From an uncultured Acidobacteriota bacterium (lineage in GTDB: Bacteria > Acidobacteriota > Vicinamibacteria > Vicinamibacterales > 2-12-FULL-66-21): a stretch of 64,000 nt of DNA. Position numbers and translations under genes: made by a program. The stretch covers positions 151,844-215,843 of the forward strand of contig CAVOPH010000003.1 of NCBI GenBank assembly GCA_963697775.1. The letters are read 5' to 3'. Shown here piece after piece: positions 19,929-30,197 of the stretch (position 1 is the first letter of the stretch; each line of letters opens with the position of its first letter). Below the pieces are notes generated by a model. That model did not search any database. It had not been told where the DNA came from and saw only the letters and a list, made by a program, of their open reading frames with translations.

Positions 19929-20288
19929 ATGCCCAAGCAGCGGATTGCCTTCGTCCTCGTATCGGAGCCCTGGTGGTCAAGCGTCGCGCCCTTACTGGCG
20001 CCGAGTCCACGCCCTGCCACAGCTCCTCTGGTCAGGTTGCTCGGGCCGCTGGTGAATCAGGATGCGGCTGGCATCTGGCTCGGCGAAGTCCCAGCCAACC
20101 TCACGCGGGCAAAAGGTGGGTCGCACGTGATGATGTCCCTCTTGATTCCGTGGGACCAGATCATCGCTATGGGCGCTCTCGAGGAATCGAGCGGGTTGAA
20201 GCCCGGTTTCGCCGCCATGTCTGTGGAGACTGTCTCGGATCCGCCCTCGGCGGGGCGCGTTGAGCCACGCCCGCCGATCCCGCGATGA
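19929..20288 (+). CDS. hypothetical protein (119 aa)
   Basis: This is the only ORF with high GC3 that fits the 480-bp gap. It is convergent with mreB. No family recognised. Confidence 0.35.
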   Translation: MPKQRIAFVLVSEPWWSSVAPLLAPSPRPATAPLVRLLGPLVNQDAAGIWLGEVPANLTRAKGGSHVMMSLLIPWDQIIAMGALEESSGLKPGFAAMSVETVSDPPSAGRVEPRPPIPR

Positions 20289-20301
20289 ACTTGCGCCTGG
20301 C

Positions 20302-21309
20302 TTAGTTCGCAGACAGCTTCATCAAGAGCTCGCGATCGTTGAGCAGCTTGCCGGCGCCGATGACGACGGTGGCCAGCGGATCGTCGGCGACGATGATGGG
20401 AAGACCGGTCTCGTCGCGCAGGCGCTGACTCACGTTGCGGAGCAGCGCGCCGCCGCCCGTGAGTACGATGCCGCGCTCGTAGATGTCGCCGCACAGTTCC
20501 GGAGGCACGGACTCGAGCGCTTCACGAATCGCCTTGACGATGGCGCGGACTGTCTCCCCCAGCGCCTCTCGTATCTCAGCGTCATTAACCGTAACGGTAC
20601 GCGGAACGCCCTCGGACAGATGGCGGCCCTTCACGTCGGTCCGGAGCGGCGTCTCGAGCGCCATCGCCGATCCGATCTCGCACTTGATCCGCTCGGCCGT
20701 CGGCTCGCCGATGAGCAGGTTGTGCTTGCGCTTCATGTGCTGGATGATGGCATTGTCCATGTCACCGCCCGCGACGCGCAGCGAACGGCCGTAGACGACG
20801 CCCGACAACGACACCACGGCGATGTCTGTGGTTCCTCCTCCGATGTCGACGATCATGTTGCCGGTCGGTTCGGTCACCGGCAGGCCCGCACCGAGTGCCG
20901 CGGCCATCGGCTCGTCGACGAGCCGCACTTCGCTGACCTTCAGCCGCTTCGCGCTTTCTTTCACCGCCCGTCGTTCCACCGGCGTGCTGGCCGGCGGCAC
21001 GCAGATGATCAGCCGCGGCCGCGAGTAGCTGTGTCCCTTCGCCTTCGCGACAAAATACGCGAGCATCTTTTCCACCGCCTCGAAATCGGCGATCACGCCG
21101 TTTCGCATCGGCCACACGGGTTTGATGTTCGCCGGGGTTCGTCCAAGCATGTCGCGGGCATCCGTCCCGATGGCTTCGACGCTGCCACGCAGGACGTTGA
21201 ACGCGACAACCGAGGGTTCGCTCAGCGCGACGGCGCCGCGCGTGTATATCGAGGTGTTGACCGTCCCCAAATCGAGGGCAATGTCAGAGTCGGTCCCGAA
21301 GAGACCCAT
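20302..21309 (-). CDS. mreB: rod-shape-determining actin homologue MreB
   Basis: Start MGLFGTDSDIALDLGTVNTSIY. Further motifs: EPSVVA, MRNGVIADF, LVDEPMAAALGAGLP, MIVDIGGGTTD and IVLTGGGALL. Confidence 0.92.
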   Translation of the reverse strand: MGLFGTDSDIALDLGTVNTSIYTRGAVALSEPSVVAFNVLRGSVEAIGTDARDMLGRTPANIKPVWPMRNGVIADFEAVEKMLAYFVAKAKGHSYSRPRLIICVPPASTPVERRAVKESAKRLKVSEVRLVDEPMAAALGAGLPVTEPTGNMIVDIGGGTTDIAVVSLSGVVYGRSLRVAGGDMDNAIIQHMKRKHNLLIGEPTAERIKCEIGSAMALETPLRTDVKGRHLSEGVPRTVTVNDAEIREALGETVRAIVKAIREALESVPPELCGDIYERGIVLTGGGALLRNVSQRLRDETGLPIIVADDPLATVVIGAGKLLNDRELLMKLSAN

Positions 21310-21570
21310 GCACGAAGCGTGAATCAAGTTCGGTTCCCGCGCTCGGCGCGCCCACCGACGCCAAAAACACACGGATTTTTTGATCGTGACGCAAGCAGCT
21401 CCCCGAAGGCCCGCCCGGGCAGCTACGGATTGGGCCGCTGAATCACCATTCTGAACGTCATGCGTCCTAGCGGCGCTGACTACAGAAGAGCTTCATCGTA
21501 GAGGATAGCCCGCTGACCTCCGCACGTCCCACTTGGGCGTCGCGGCGCACCCGACACGAGGACGACGGCC

Positions 21571-22143
21571 CTACTTACGAGCACCGGGAGGCGTAAATGG
21601 CTTGATGTCGCCGCAATTCGCACCGAGCCACTTCGCGTGCACCATGCGCGTCGACGTGTTCGTCTTGCCCATCACCATCGCCGTCGTCGTCGATTTGACC
21701 CGGTAGCTCTCCGGGCTGTTGAACACGACCTCGCCATCCGTTTCGGACTTGAGTGACGTACAGCTCGAATGCCATTTCCAGGTCGCACCCGACAGCGTGG
21801 AGTATTTGGTCGTGCAGCCCGCTTCGGACGCCATCGCCTGCCACTGGCCCGCTTCGAACGTTTCCTTCGTGAAGCACGCCTTGGTCGCGCCATTGGCATC
21901 AGGCATCGAGAGGCCGCGTGCCTTCATCGCCTCGGCCATTTTTTCTCTGACCTCGGGTGGCATTTTGGATAGTGCCGCCTGTTCCGGAGGGGCTATTTCA
22001 TGGCCGTCGGCGTCAAGCGCAGACATTTTGGTTTCCCAGAGCCCTGCCTTGACGGGTGGCACCGGCACCTGCCCGGCGACGGCGGCGAGCGCGAGGCACG
22101 AAAGAAGGGACGAAGCCGCAAGACGGATCGGGATCAGGCGCAT
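21571..22143 (-). CDS. DUF3617-like secreted protein
   Basis: Signal peptide MRLIPIRLAASSLLSCLALAAVA. GLWE motif (VKAGLWETKMS). Conserved Cys residues (KACFTKE, AGCTTKY, HSSCTS). Confidence 0.65.
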   Translation of the reverse strand: MRLIPIRLAASSLLSCLALAAVAGQVPVPPVKAGLWETKMSALDADGHEIAPPEQAALSKMPPEVREKMAEAMKARGLSMPDANGATKACFTKETFEAGQWQAMASEAGCTTKYSTLSGATWKWHSSCTSLKSETDGEVVFNSPESYRVKSTTTAMVMGKTNTSTRMVHAKWLGANCGDIKPFTPPGARK

Positions 22144-22333
22144 GAAGTGGTCCTCCCTGCTGTTGAGTACAGGCAACGCTTGTGCGGAGCGAACTCAGTA
22201 TACGGTCGGGCGGCGGCCAGCACACTGATTTGAAACCAGACGCAATCGGCGAATGTTGAATGGCACTGGTCGAATGCGATAATCGGCCTTCGCAGCCACC
22301 GACTTCTTGGTTAGTGGCTGATGGTGTCTGCTC

Positions 22334-22810
22334 ATGGACGAGCGTGCACTCGGGGAGCTCGCGCGGATCACGGCGCGGCTTTCGGCGACCCTCTTCGTCG
22401 CTGCGCTCTTTGCCTTTGCCGTACGCCAGCGAGTCTCGACGCAGGTTGCGGTGCGCCTTTTCGCCGCGTTCGTCGGCGCACACGCGATCCACTTCTCGAT
22501 CGTCTTCCTGCTAGCCTACGCGACGGGTGGCGCGAACTTGCGAGCGCGCGGCGGGTATTCTCTGACGATCGCAGTGGGTTTGCTCTTCGCCGCGGCCGCG
22601 GTGGCTGCGATCCTCAGGCTTCGAGCCAGTGACCCGACGCGCCGTCTGCGTCTCGCGGGCGGTCTGGGGATCGGGTTCATCTGGTTTGCGTTCACAGAGG
22701 CCTACGCGAGTCGCACACTCGTCTCGCCGATCTTCGCGATCCCGACCCTCCTTCTGATCGCGGCGTTCCTCGCGTTTCTAACCACGTCACGGCGTAGCGC
22801 GACGGGTTAG
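22334..22810 (+). CDS. hypothetical integral membrane protein
   Basis: 158 aa with 4-5 predicted hydrophobic helices (LSATLFVAALFAFAV, LFAAFVGAHAIHFSIVFLLAY, and others). Confidence 0.55.
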   Translation: MDERALGELARITARLSATLFVAALFAFAVRQRVSTQVAVRLFAAFVGAHAIHFSIVFLLAYATGGANLRARGGYSLTIAVGLLFAAAAVAAILRLRASDPTRRLRLAGGLGIGFIWFAFTEAYASRTLVSPIFAIPTLLLIAAFLAFLTTSRRSATG

Positions 22811-22926
22811 ACCCCGAGGCGGACCACGCAACCAGACTCCCGCTTCGTGTAGCGAGGCAGAAAACGCACTTCAGGCGGCCTGAGTCCACCTCGGACGAGA
22901 TGACAAAATGGCCGTCTGCCAAGAAG

Positions 22927-23253
22927 TCAGAAGGCGCGACGAGTGCGGCTGGATGTTGGAGCGATGAACGACCCAACGAGCCAGCCGACCGCCGCCGCCA
23001 CGGCGAGGTAAGGCGCACACGCGGACAACAGGTAGTGGCCAGCTGGGACGCCGTGTCTCCAGATGTCGTACCACTCAACACGCCAGAGCCAGTAGCCGAT
23101 TGAGACGGCAAACCCTGTGGCAATCAAGCAACGTGAAGCGATCCGGCCCAGACGGTTTCGAGCAAGCCACACGATCACAATCAGCGGAGCGTTGTAGACG
23201 AACCCCGTGAGCAGCAAGAACGAGAAGAACGGCACTGCCGCGAGCCATCGCAT
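22927..23253 (-). CDS. hypothetical integral membrane protein
   Basis: The internal ATG at 23253 gives MRWLAAVPFFSFLLLTGFVYNAPLIVIVWLA... with 3-4 hydrophobic helices. Confidence 0.45.
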   Translation of the reverse strand: MRWLAAVPFFSFLLLTGFVYNAPLIVIVWLARNRLGRIASRCLIATGFAVSIGYWLWRVEWYDIWRHGVPAGHYLLSACAPYLAVAAAVGWLVGSFIAPTSSRTRRAF

Positions 23254-23464
23254 GGCTATCTCAGTGAAAAGCAGCATACACCAAGGCGAGGCGTCGATGG
23301 CGCAGTGGAACGGCCACACCTGCCACAGTCCTCTCCTTGACTTCGTTGGAGACGACGTTGACATAATGACAATGTATTGTCATATTCGAGTATGGAAATA
23401 TGCGGCTCACACTGACGCCTGTGACGAATGATGGGTCGGCCTGGCTGCATCGGAAAGGCGGTCT

Positions 23465-24709
23465 ATGTCGTTGACGCGATCGCACAGAGTTTTGGTCCTG
23501 CCGATCGGCATGCTTCTGCTGACGGCAGTCTCGGGAGCGCACGGAACCGGCGCGGCCGATGCGATCGAAGTGCTGGCGCCGACAGGGCCCTACGCCGTGG
23601 GCCGCCTGACGCTTCGATGGGTGGACGAGGCTCGCGAAGAATCGATCACACCGCAACCTACAGACCATCGGCGGGTCGTTGTCCACGTTTGGTACCCGGC
23701 GGCTGCCGATCGGGCCCGACTGTCCGAGTACGTGCCAGATCTGACTGCCCTTCGACGCGTCATTCGTGGACCCGAGGCTGGCGCGTGGAACCGCGTCCAG
23801 CCGCACGTTATCGACAACGCACCGGTGACGGCCTCGAAGGAACGCTTTCCGGTTGTCCTGTTCTCTCCCGGAAATCAAATGTTGAGCGCGTTGTACAGCT
23901 ATTTGCTGGAGGAGATCGCCAGCCATGGCTACATCGTTATCGGAATCGATCATCCGTTCGATGTTCGCGCCGTCCTGGTCGAGAGTGACTCGGTGGTTTC
24001 GTTCGCCGACCGAGCCTGGCCCAAGTTGGAGATGCCGACTGGTCCTGTGCCGGATCCCGAATCACCCTACGCAAGGTTCTACAAAGACCGGGTTGCGGTC
24101 CGGGTCGCGGACGCGCGCTTCGTCGCTGCGCAACTCGCCAAGCCAGGTGCGCTGGGCGCCTTGAGCGGACATGTCGATGCCTCACGACTGGCGATTGTCG
24201 GACATTCGATTGGCGGCGTCGCCGCCGGCGAAGCGTGCCGCGCCGACAGGATCTTCGCCGCGTGCGTGAACCTGGATGGCGCGACCGGGGAAGGCCCGTT
24301 TTATCTGGATGGTGACGTTCAGCACTTCGACGGAGCATTTGTGATGCTGACCAAGCCCTTCCGTCCCTCTGATGAACGACTGGCATCGTGGAAGCTCTCG
24401 CGTGAGGAGTGGGCACGCCGACGACGTGAGAATGACCGAAGGTATTTCGAAGTTCCCGCAGGCGGAAGTTACCGGTTCGTGATCGATGGCGCGACTCACG
24501 AAACGTTCTCAGACGACCCAATCGTCATCGCCGCTCTGCAAGTCGGTACCGCGACGAGCGAACGGCAACTTGCTGCCACAGTCCGACGACTGACGCTGGC
24601 CGTCGTGGACGCCACTCTTGGAAACGGCAGTATCGAGCGCTTGTCACAAATTCAGCGCGAGCAACCAGGCATCGCCATCGAACGGTGGAATGGCCGTGAG
24701 TCGAGATGA
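23465..24709 (+). CDS. alpha/beta hydrolase, PAF-acetylhydrolase/lipase-like, secreted
   Basis: Signal peptide present. FPVVLFSPGNQ and SHGYIVIGIDHP motifs. Nucleophile elbow IVGHSIGG. Confidence 0.75.
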   Translation: MSLTRSHRVLVLPIGMLLLTAVSGAHGTGAADAIEVLAPTGPYAVGRLTLRWVDEAREESITPQPTDHRRVVVHVWYPAAADRARLSEYVPDLTALRRVIRGPEAGAWNRVQPHVIDNAPVTASKERFPVVLFSPGNQMLSALYSYLLEEIASHGYIVIGIDHPFDVRAVLVESDSVVSFADRAWPKLEMPTGPVPDPESPYARFYKDRVAVRVADARFVAAQLAKPGALGALSGHVDASRLAIVGHSIGGVAAGEACRADRIFAACVNLDGATGEGPFYLDGDVQHFDGAFVMLTKPFRPSDERLASWKLSREEWARRRRENDRRYFEVPAGGSYRFVIDGATHETFSDDPIVIAALQVGTATSERQLAATVRRLTLAVVDATLGNGSIERLSQIQREQPGIAIERWNGRESR

Positions 24710-24730
24710 GTCCGTGGCGTCGTCAATTCG

Positions 24731-25261
24731 TCAGCGACGTGCCCTGGCTTTTGGCGCCGTCTTCTTGTTCTTGAGCAGTGGCAGAACATCCGGATCGTCA
24801 AACATCGCATTGACCCGATGCACGACATCAGATGCCATCGCCAGAGAACGGTTGGAAACTGTGAGCGGCAGCAACGATCGCAATCGGGCTTCGGTTGCCA
24901 CGATGTAGCGCACGGCGGCGTGGCCACGTGTCGTCAAGCCGATCAGATCGGATCGTTGGTGGAAGGGGTTCTTCTTTCGTTCGAGCAACCCCTCCGCAAT
25001 GAGGGCATTGACGAGCAGTTGCAAGCGTTGCCGCGACTGTGCGCGCGAAGACGCGAGTCGAGCCACGGTTTGCGGTTCAGCGCGCGCAAAGGCGAGGAGA
25101 ATCGTTCGACGCGGGCCTGAAAGAGGTCCCCGGCCGTAGATAGCGCTCGCGGCGCGGGTGAGCCGCCAATAGAGACCGACCGTTTCCTCAAAGAGACGGG
25201 CGAGTTCCAACCGTGATTCTGGCTTGCGGCGCGTAGGCTCACGTCGAGGTGACATCCACAT
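24731..25261 (-). CDS. MarR-family transcriptional regulator
   Basis: Winged-helix segment LSGPRRTILLAFARAEPQTVARLASSRAQSRQRLQLLVNALIAEGLLERKKNPFHQRSDLIGLTTRG. Confidence 0.8.
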   Translation of the reverse strand: MWMSPRREPTRRKPESRLELARLFEETVGLYWRLTRAASAIYGRGPLSGPRRTILLAFARAEPQTVARLASSRAQSRQRLQLLVNALIAEGLLERKKNPFHQRSDLIGLTTRGHAAVRYIVATEARLRSLLPLTVSNRSLAMASDVVHRVNAMFDDPDVLPLLKNKKTAPKARARR

Positions 25262-25323
25262 AATTTGCCACGAGCGGCGGCCGGCGCGCGACGAGGGACA
25301 CCGGGATACACTTATGTCTCGAG

Positions 25324-25611
25324 GTGCTGATGAGCAGCGAAGGCGTCGCGTTGGTCTCGCGCGTGGCGCTCGTGGCCGTCCTGATCGTGGTGACGGCCGT
25401 TATGCGCACGGTGGTCGGGCCAAGTAGGCGGCGCGGGTTTTACATGGGTCTTGGAACGCTCGGCGGCATAGCGATGGGTCTCGCTGGGGCTTCTCTGATG
25501 TCCCACTGGACCGGCAGAGACGTTTCGGTGATTCTCGCCTGTCTCGGAGTCTTTGCCGGTTGGGCGGTCGCCTGGATCTTCGCCCGCCGCATTCCTCGCG
25601 AAGCGAACTGA
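25324..25611 (+). CDS. small membrane protein (3 TM), divergent from the MarR gene
   Basis: 95-aa ORF: VALVSRVALVAVLIVVTAV, LGTLGGIAMGLAGASLM, ILACLGVFAGWAVAWIF. Confidence 0.5.
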   Translation: MLMSSEGVALVSRVALVAVLIVVTAVMRTVVGPSRRRGFYMGLGTLGGIAMGLAGASLMSHWTGRDVSVILACLGVFAGWAVAWIFARRIPREAN

Positions 25612-25649
25612 CCCGCGACGGCGGCCCGCACGCAGAAGGCGGTTCCGGT

Positions 25650-26318
25650 CTACTGTTTCAGCGTCTTATTCGGCAACCACTCGACCTTCCCGCTATCGAG
25701 TGAGTACACCGCGCCGGCAACCGTCAGTGCACCGCGATCGACCAGGCCCGCCAAAATCGGTTTGGAGCCGCGGAGCTGGCGCACGACGTTTTCCACATTG
25801 ATCCGAACCGCATTGCCGATCAGATCTCCGGGCTGTTTCCGGGCGCTCTCGACGGCGGGACGGATCATCGCGACCAGTGACGGCAGGTGTCCCTCGGGCT
25901 CCTGGGCCTCCGCCGCGGCGGTCACGGCCCCGCACATCTGGTGGCCCATCACGACGAGCAAAGGGGTGTGCAGGTGAGCGGCCGCATACTCGATGCTCGC
26001 GACCTCGGTGTCTCCGGCGACGTTGCCCGCGACCCGAACGTCGAAGAGATCGCCAAGACCCTGGTCGAAGATGATCTCCGGCGCTACACGGGAATCGGCG
26101 CAGCTCAACACGATCGCGTGGGGATGTTGCCCCGACGCAAGTTCGCGCTGCCGGGCCGCGGTCTGATGGGGATGTTGATAGCGTTTTCCCGCGTGATGGG
26201 CGTTGCCCTGCTTCAGCTCGGTCAGCGCCGTGTCAGCTGACGGGGGCGTCTCCTGCGCAAGAGCGACGACGCTGTAGACCGCAATTCCGCCAAGAACTCG
26301 CATCAGCGCAGACGTCAT
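25650..26318 (-). CDS. beta-class carbonic anhydrase with a signal peptide
   Basis: Zinc ligand motifs SCADSRV and GHQMCGAV. Also LKQGNAHHA and DLFDVRVAGN. Confidence 0.88.
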   Translation of the reverse strand: MTSALMRVLGGIAVYSVVALAQETPPSADTALTELKQGNAHHAGKRYQHPHQTAARQRELASGQHPHAIVLSCADSRVAPEIIFDQGLGDLFDVRVAGNVAGDTEVASIEYAAAHLHTPLLVVMGHQMCGAVTAAAEAQEPEGHLPSLVAMIRPAVESARKQPGDLIGNAVRINVENVVRQLRGSKPILAGLVDRGALTVAGAVYSLDSGKVEWLPNKTLKQ

Positions 26319-26355
26319 GAATCCACCTTCCTGAGCGATTCCATGTTACGTCACG

Positions 26356-28437
26356 CTACGGCTTCACGACGAATCGCATGGCGCGGCCAGTAGCGCGGCT
26401 GCCCATCGTCGTCTCGACTCTGAGCAGGTACTCACCCGGCGCGAGCGTCGTCAGCGGCAGCGTGACGTAGTAGTCGGCAGCTCGCCCCGTCGTGAACTGG
26501 CCCGCGTCCATCGTCTTCGTCTCGCTTGCCACGACCGCGCCCTGGGCATCGACGATGGCCGACCGCACCTGGACGGACGCCAGGGGATCCTGCCTGGCGG
26601 TCCCCTGGTAGATCCGGAAAAACGCGACCAGGCGATCGCTGCGCGCGAACTCGCGCCGCGCCGTTGGCACGATCGGCAGCAGCGGCGCGAGAAAGTCCTT
26701 CGGAGCCGTCAGCGTCCCGGCCGTGGCCCCGGTGACGATGTTGGAGAGCGATAACGGAGCAGAGTCGAATGCGGGAACCGTCAGGTACGAGAAGACGCTC
26801 GCCGTGCGCTCCGCACCGGACACGGCGACGCGGACTTCGTACTCCCCCGGCGTGAGATCGAGTCGCGACAGCGCATCGAAACGACGCTCGCCGGTCGCCG
26901 CGGACGCAGGCCATGAAAGCTCGAGCGACTGGCGCGTCATGGCTGTCGGACGGCCGCCAGGATCGAACGCCGTGGCCACGATCTCGAGCGGGCTGCCGCG
27001 TTGTGCGCCGGACCCGTCCGAACGCACGGCCGCAAACCCGGCCACGCCGACGGTCAGCACGACGGCCACTTTCCTCGTGCCGGCGACCGCAAACGTCGCC
27101 GTGTTGAGATCGACGGACGTTGCGGCTTCTGGCAACAGGCCGGTCAACGCTTCCCTGACCGGCTCCGACAGGGACCCATTCGCTGCCGCCAAGTTGGCGG
27201 GATTGACGGAAGCCGACGCCGTGTAACCGCTCCGTGCTCGCACGTCGAGTCCTCGTCGAGTGGTCTTCACGGTGATTTGATGAAACTTCCCGTTGGCGCT
27301 CGGATCGGAGGAACGAAACCCAATCAAATAGTACGAATCACTCTCGCGAAAGATCTCGGGAACGACGAGATCGGCTCCGTTGGTGTTCATCACGGCGCGC
27401 CCGCCGGTCCGATCCGGCAGGACCTGCAGATTGCCCTGGCGCCGGAGATTCTCGCCGGTCGAGGCGGTCACCGCCGCAGCCCCGAAGGGTCCGCTCCCCG
27501 GCCGCAGTGTGGAGCTGGCCCGGGTTGTCGGACTGACGTTCGCGAGCCCAGACGGATCGAGCGAGTGAATCGTCAAGTTGGCGCGATCCACCGCGGTGAA
27601 CATCGTCGCGCGGGCATCTTTCAGTCGCTTCTGACAGCCGACGTCGTTGGCCGGATCTCCGGGTGCGTCGGCCGCCTGCAGCAGCAGATCGCTCCCAATG
27701 AAAAACAGAACTTTCCGCCGGCGTGACGGTCCCTGGACGGCGTCCGCGACGTGTGTAATCGTCTCGAGCACGCACAGGCCGCACTGGCAGCGTCCGTCGT
27801 TGAGCGTGCTCCAGGTGCGCCCGGTCAGGGCGAAGACCGCGGCCTCGATTTCCCTGGCTTCGTCTGAAATGTCGGTGCTGAGATCGGTCTCGCTGATCGC
27901 ACGCAGCAGCCGCGTCCGATCCGACGTCAGGTTCTGCACGGCGCCATTGCTGGTGGACACGACCGCGGCAAGATCGCCGGGACCGATCTGGTTGATTGCG
28001 GCGGCGGCAATCCGCCTGGCAGCTATCGTCGGTTCACCGACTGGGATGGTGCGGTCGAGCAGAATGATTACGAGGCGGCCCTCATGCTCGACAGCCTGGT
28101 TCGTCGCCACATCGCTCGGCACGTCGCGCGTCCACGATGCATCGCGAGATTGCAGGCGATCGGGAAGGTCAACCTCGCTGAAGGCCTGGATCTCACGCGG
28201 CTGGCCGTCCTCGAAGATCGTGAAGTCCCCGGCCGTCAATCCCCGGACCGGATGGCGTTTTCCGTCGAGTACCGAAACGTCAACCTGCACGAGATCGGTC
28301 CCGCCCCGGAACGTTGCTTGCGGCGCCGGCGTCTGCGCGCCTGCCCTGAGCGGACCAACCTGCAGTCGAGTCGAAGGGTCGGGATGCAGCGCGACCGACA
28401 CGATCGCGAGGAGAAGAACGCCGGCGACTCGAGTCAT
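26356..28437 (-). CDS. VWA-domain protein of the acidobacterial VWFA-related type
   Basis: Signal peptide present. Characteristic N-terminal beta domain: FRGGTDLVQVDVSVLDGKRHPVRGLTAGDFTIFEDGQPREIQAFSEV. A VWA-like core follows (IILLDRT...FFIGSD). Confidence 0.8.
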   Translation of the reverse strand: MTRVAGVLLLAIVSVALHPDPSTRLQVGPLRAGAQTPAPQATFRGGTDLVQVDVSVLDGKRHPVRGLTAGDFTIFEDGQPREIQAFSEVDLPDRLQSRDASWTRDVPSDVATNQAVEHEGRLVIILLDRTIPVGEPTIAARRIAAAAINQIGPGDLAAVVSTSNGAVQNLTSDRTRLLRAISETDLSTDISDEAREIEAAVFALTGRTWSTLNDGRCQCGLCVLETITHVADAVQGPSRRRKVLFFIGSDLLLQAADAPGDPANDVGCQKRLKDARATMFTAVDRANLTIHSLDPSGLANVSPTTRASSTLRPGSGPFGAAAVTASTGENLRRQGNLQVLPDRTGGRAVMNTNGADLVVPEIFRESDSYYLIGFRSSDPSANGKFHQITVKTTRRGLDVRARSGYTASASVNPANLAAANGSLSEPVREALTGLLPEAATSVDLNTATFAVAGTRKVAVVLTVGVAGFAAVRSDGSGAQRGSPLEIVATAFDPGGRPTAMTRQSLELSWPASAATGERRFDALSRLDLTPGEYEVRVAVSGAERTASVFSYLTVPAFDSAPLSLSNIVTGATAGTLTAPKDFLAPLLPIVPTARREFARSDRLVAFFRIYQGTARQDPLASVQVRSAIVDAQGAVVASETKTMDAGQFTTGRAADYYVTLPLTTLAPGEYLLRVETTMGSRATGRAMRFVVKP

Positions 28438-28500
28438 CTGGTTATCCGCAACTGGGGCAGCGTCAGTGCATTTTACTCTCCGTCATCGTTTGAGACACCT

Positions 28501-28550
28501 GCACCCGGCCGTTCACGCGAAGTGAACAGCCGGGTGCTTTTTCCCTTTTC
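28501..28550. terminator. strong hairpin with a T-tract between amt and the VWA gene
   Basis: GCACCCGGCcGTTCACgcgaaGTGAACaGCCGGGTGC is followed by TTTTTCCCTTTTC on the plus strand. On the minus strand, downstream of the amt stop at 28563, the same hairpin is preceded by an A-tract. Orientation and function are uncertain. Confidence 0.4.
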
Positions 28551-28562
28551 GCTTTCCCTTGC

Positions 28563-29855
28563 CTAGGACGCCGGGGAGACGACCGGCGACTTACGCGGCG
28601 CCGGTGCGAACACGTCCGCTTCGACCGGCGTGAGCGTATCCATGCCGCCAATGTGCATGTATGCCTCTTCGCCGTGGAGCGGGATGTCCAGACCAGTCGA
28701 TTCTTCCTCGCTGGTCGCGCGAAGCTCCATGACCAGGCCGATCGCCTTCAGGAGAACAAAGCTCATGACGCCGCTGTAGACAATCGCCGCGAGCACCGCC
28801 GTCCCCTGAATCAGGAACTGCTTTGGGTTGCCGAAGAGCACGCCGTCAGCGACGCCGTTGAGCGCCTTCTGCGCAAAAACGCCGGTCAGAAGCGCCCCTA
28901 CGGTGCCGCCCACGCCGTGCGCCGCAATGACGTCGAGCGAGTCGTCCAGCGACGTCTTGGCGCGAATCTGGATAGCGAAGTAGCTGGGGAACGCGGCGAT
29001 CGCTCCGAGCGCGATCGCGCTCATCGGACCGATGAAGCCGGCGGCCGGGGTCACGGCGACCAGGCCGACGACGATGGCGGTGGCGGCGCCAACGCTGGTG
29101 GGCTTGCCGGTCCGCGCCACGTCAATCAACGTCCACGCCACCAGTGTCGCCGCCGGCGCCAGCATCGTCGTGACGAACGCGAGGCTGGCGATCGGGCCCG
29201 CCGCCAAGGCGCTGCCCGCGTTGAACCCGAACCAGCCGAACCACAGGAGCCCGGCGCCCAGCAGCACGAACGGCACGTTGTGCGGCAGGATCGACGCCTT
29301 CTTATAGTCGGAGCGCTGGCCGACGACGACAGCTGCCGCGAGCGCGGCGACGGCGGCATTCACGTGCACGACCGTGCCGCCCGCGAAGTCGAGCGCACCC
29401 ATCTTGGCGAGCCACCCGCCGCCCCAGACCCAGTGCGCAATCGGGCTGTAGACGAGAACGGCCCACAGCGAGATGAAGGTGACGTAGGCCGAGAAGCGCA
29501 TCCGCTCGACAATCGCGCCCGAGATCAGCGCCGCGGTGATGATCGCAAACGTTCCCTGGTAGGACATGAACAGCGCGTGGGGGATGGTCGTGGCCGGACG
29601 GATGTCCAGGCCGACGCCTCTCAGGAACGCGTTGGACAGGTCGCCGATCCAGTCGTTGCCGGTCGAAAATGCCAGGGAATAGCCGACGAACGCCCAGAGC
29701 ACCCCGACGAACCCCAACGAGATGAAACTCATCATCATCGTGTTGAGCGCGTTCTTCGAACGGACCAGTCCTCCGTAGAAGAACGCCAGCGCCGGGGTCA
29801 TCAGGAGCACGAGGGCCGTCGAGACCAACATCCATGCGGTGTCAGCTTGATTCAT
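28563..29855 (-). CDS. amt: ammonium transporter (Amt family)
   Basis: The ATG at 29855 gives MNQADTAWMLVSTALVLLMTPALAFFYGGLVRSKN. Also DFAGGTVVHVNAAVAAL and VIAAHGVGGTVGALLTG. There is an acidic C-terminal tail of about 50 aa. Confidence 0.92.
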   Translation of the reverse strand: MNQADTAWMLVSTALVLLMTPALAFFYGGLVRSKNALNTMMMSFISLGFVGVLWAFVGYSLAFSTGNDWIGDLSNAFLRGVGLDIRPATTIPHALFMSYQGTFAIITAALISGAIVERMRFSAYVTFISLWAVLVYSPIAHWVWGGGWLAKMGALDFAGGTVVHVNAAVAALAAAVVVGQRSDYKKASILPHNVPFVLLGAGLLWFGWFGFNAGSALAAGPIASLAFVTTMLAPAATLVAWTLIDVARTGKPTSVGAATAIVVGLVAVTPAAGFIGPMSAIALGAIAAFPSYFAIQIRAKTSLDDSLDVIAAHGVGGTVGALLTGVFAQKALNGVADGVLFGNPKQFLIQGTAVLAAIVYSGVMSFVLLKAIGLVMELRATSEEESTGLDIPLHGEEAYMHIGGMDTLTPVEADVFAPAPRKSPVVSPAS

Positions 29856-30197
29856 GTGTGAGACCTCAGTTGAAGGTGTGCCGTGACCATCGCGAACGAT
29901 GGAACCTCGTTTCGACGGAACACCAAGAACCGCGCCAACGGCGGCCAAGGCTCGTGCGCATGATTTCTTAGCAAAAACGACAATTTTGGCCGGATTGGCA
30001 GACTACTTTGCGGAGTTTTTTCGACAATCTTGCGTTCACTGGTTTTGTGAAGCGCCAAAAATGTCGGCTTCAGGCAGATGCCCTTCTTACGAATGCCAAG
30101 GGGGTCGGCACCCGGAGTTGCGTCGAGGGGGACACTGCGCCACAAGAATGTCGGGAGGGCGGTGAAGCCGACATATTTGTGTCCATCACCGCCGCTG

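Noticed and set aside
29996-30011. A sigma-54 promoter (TGGCAGACTACTTTGC) in the amt upstream region.
   Set aside because: The GG-to-GC spacing is 11 nt, not 10. The element is on the plus strand, pointing away from amt.
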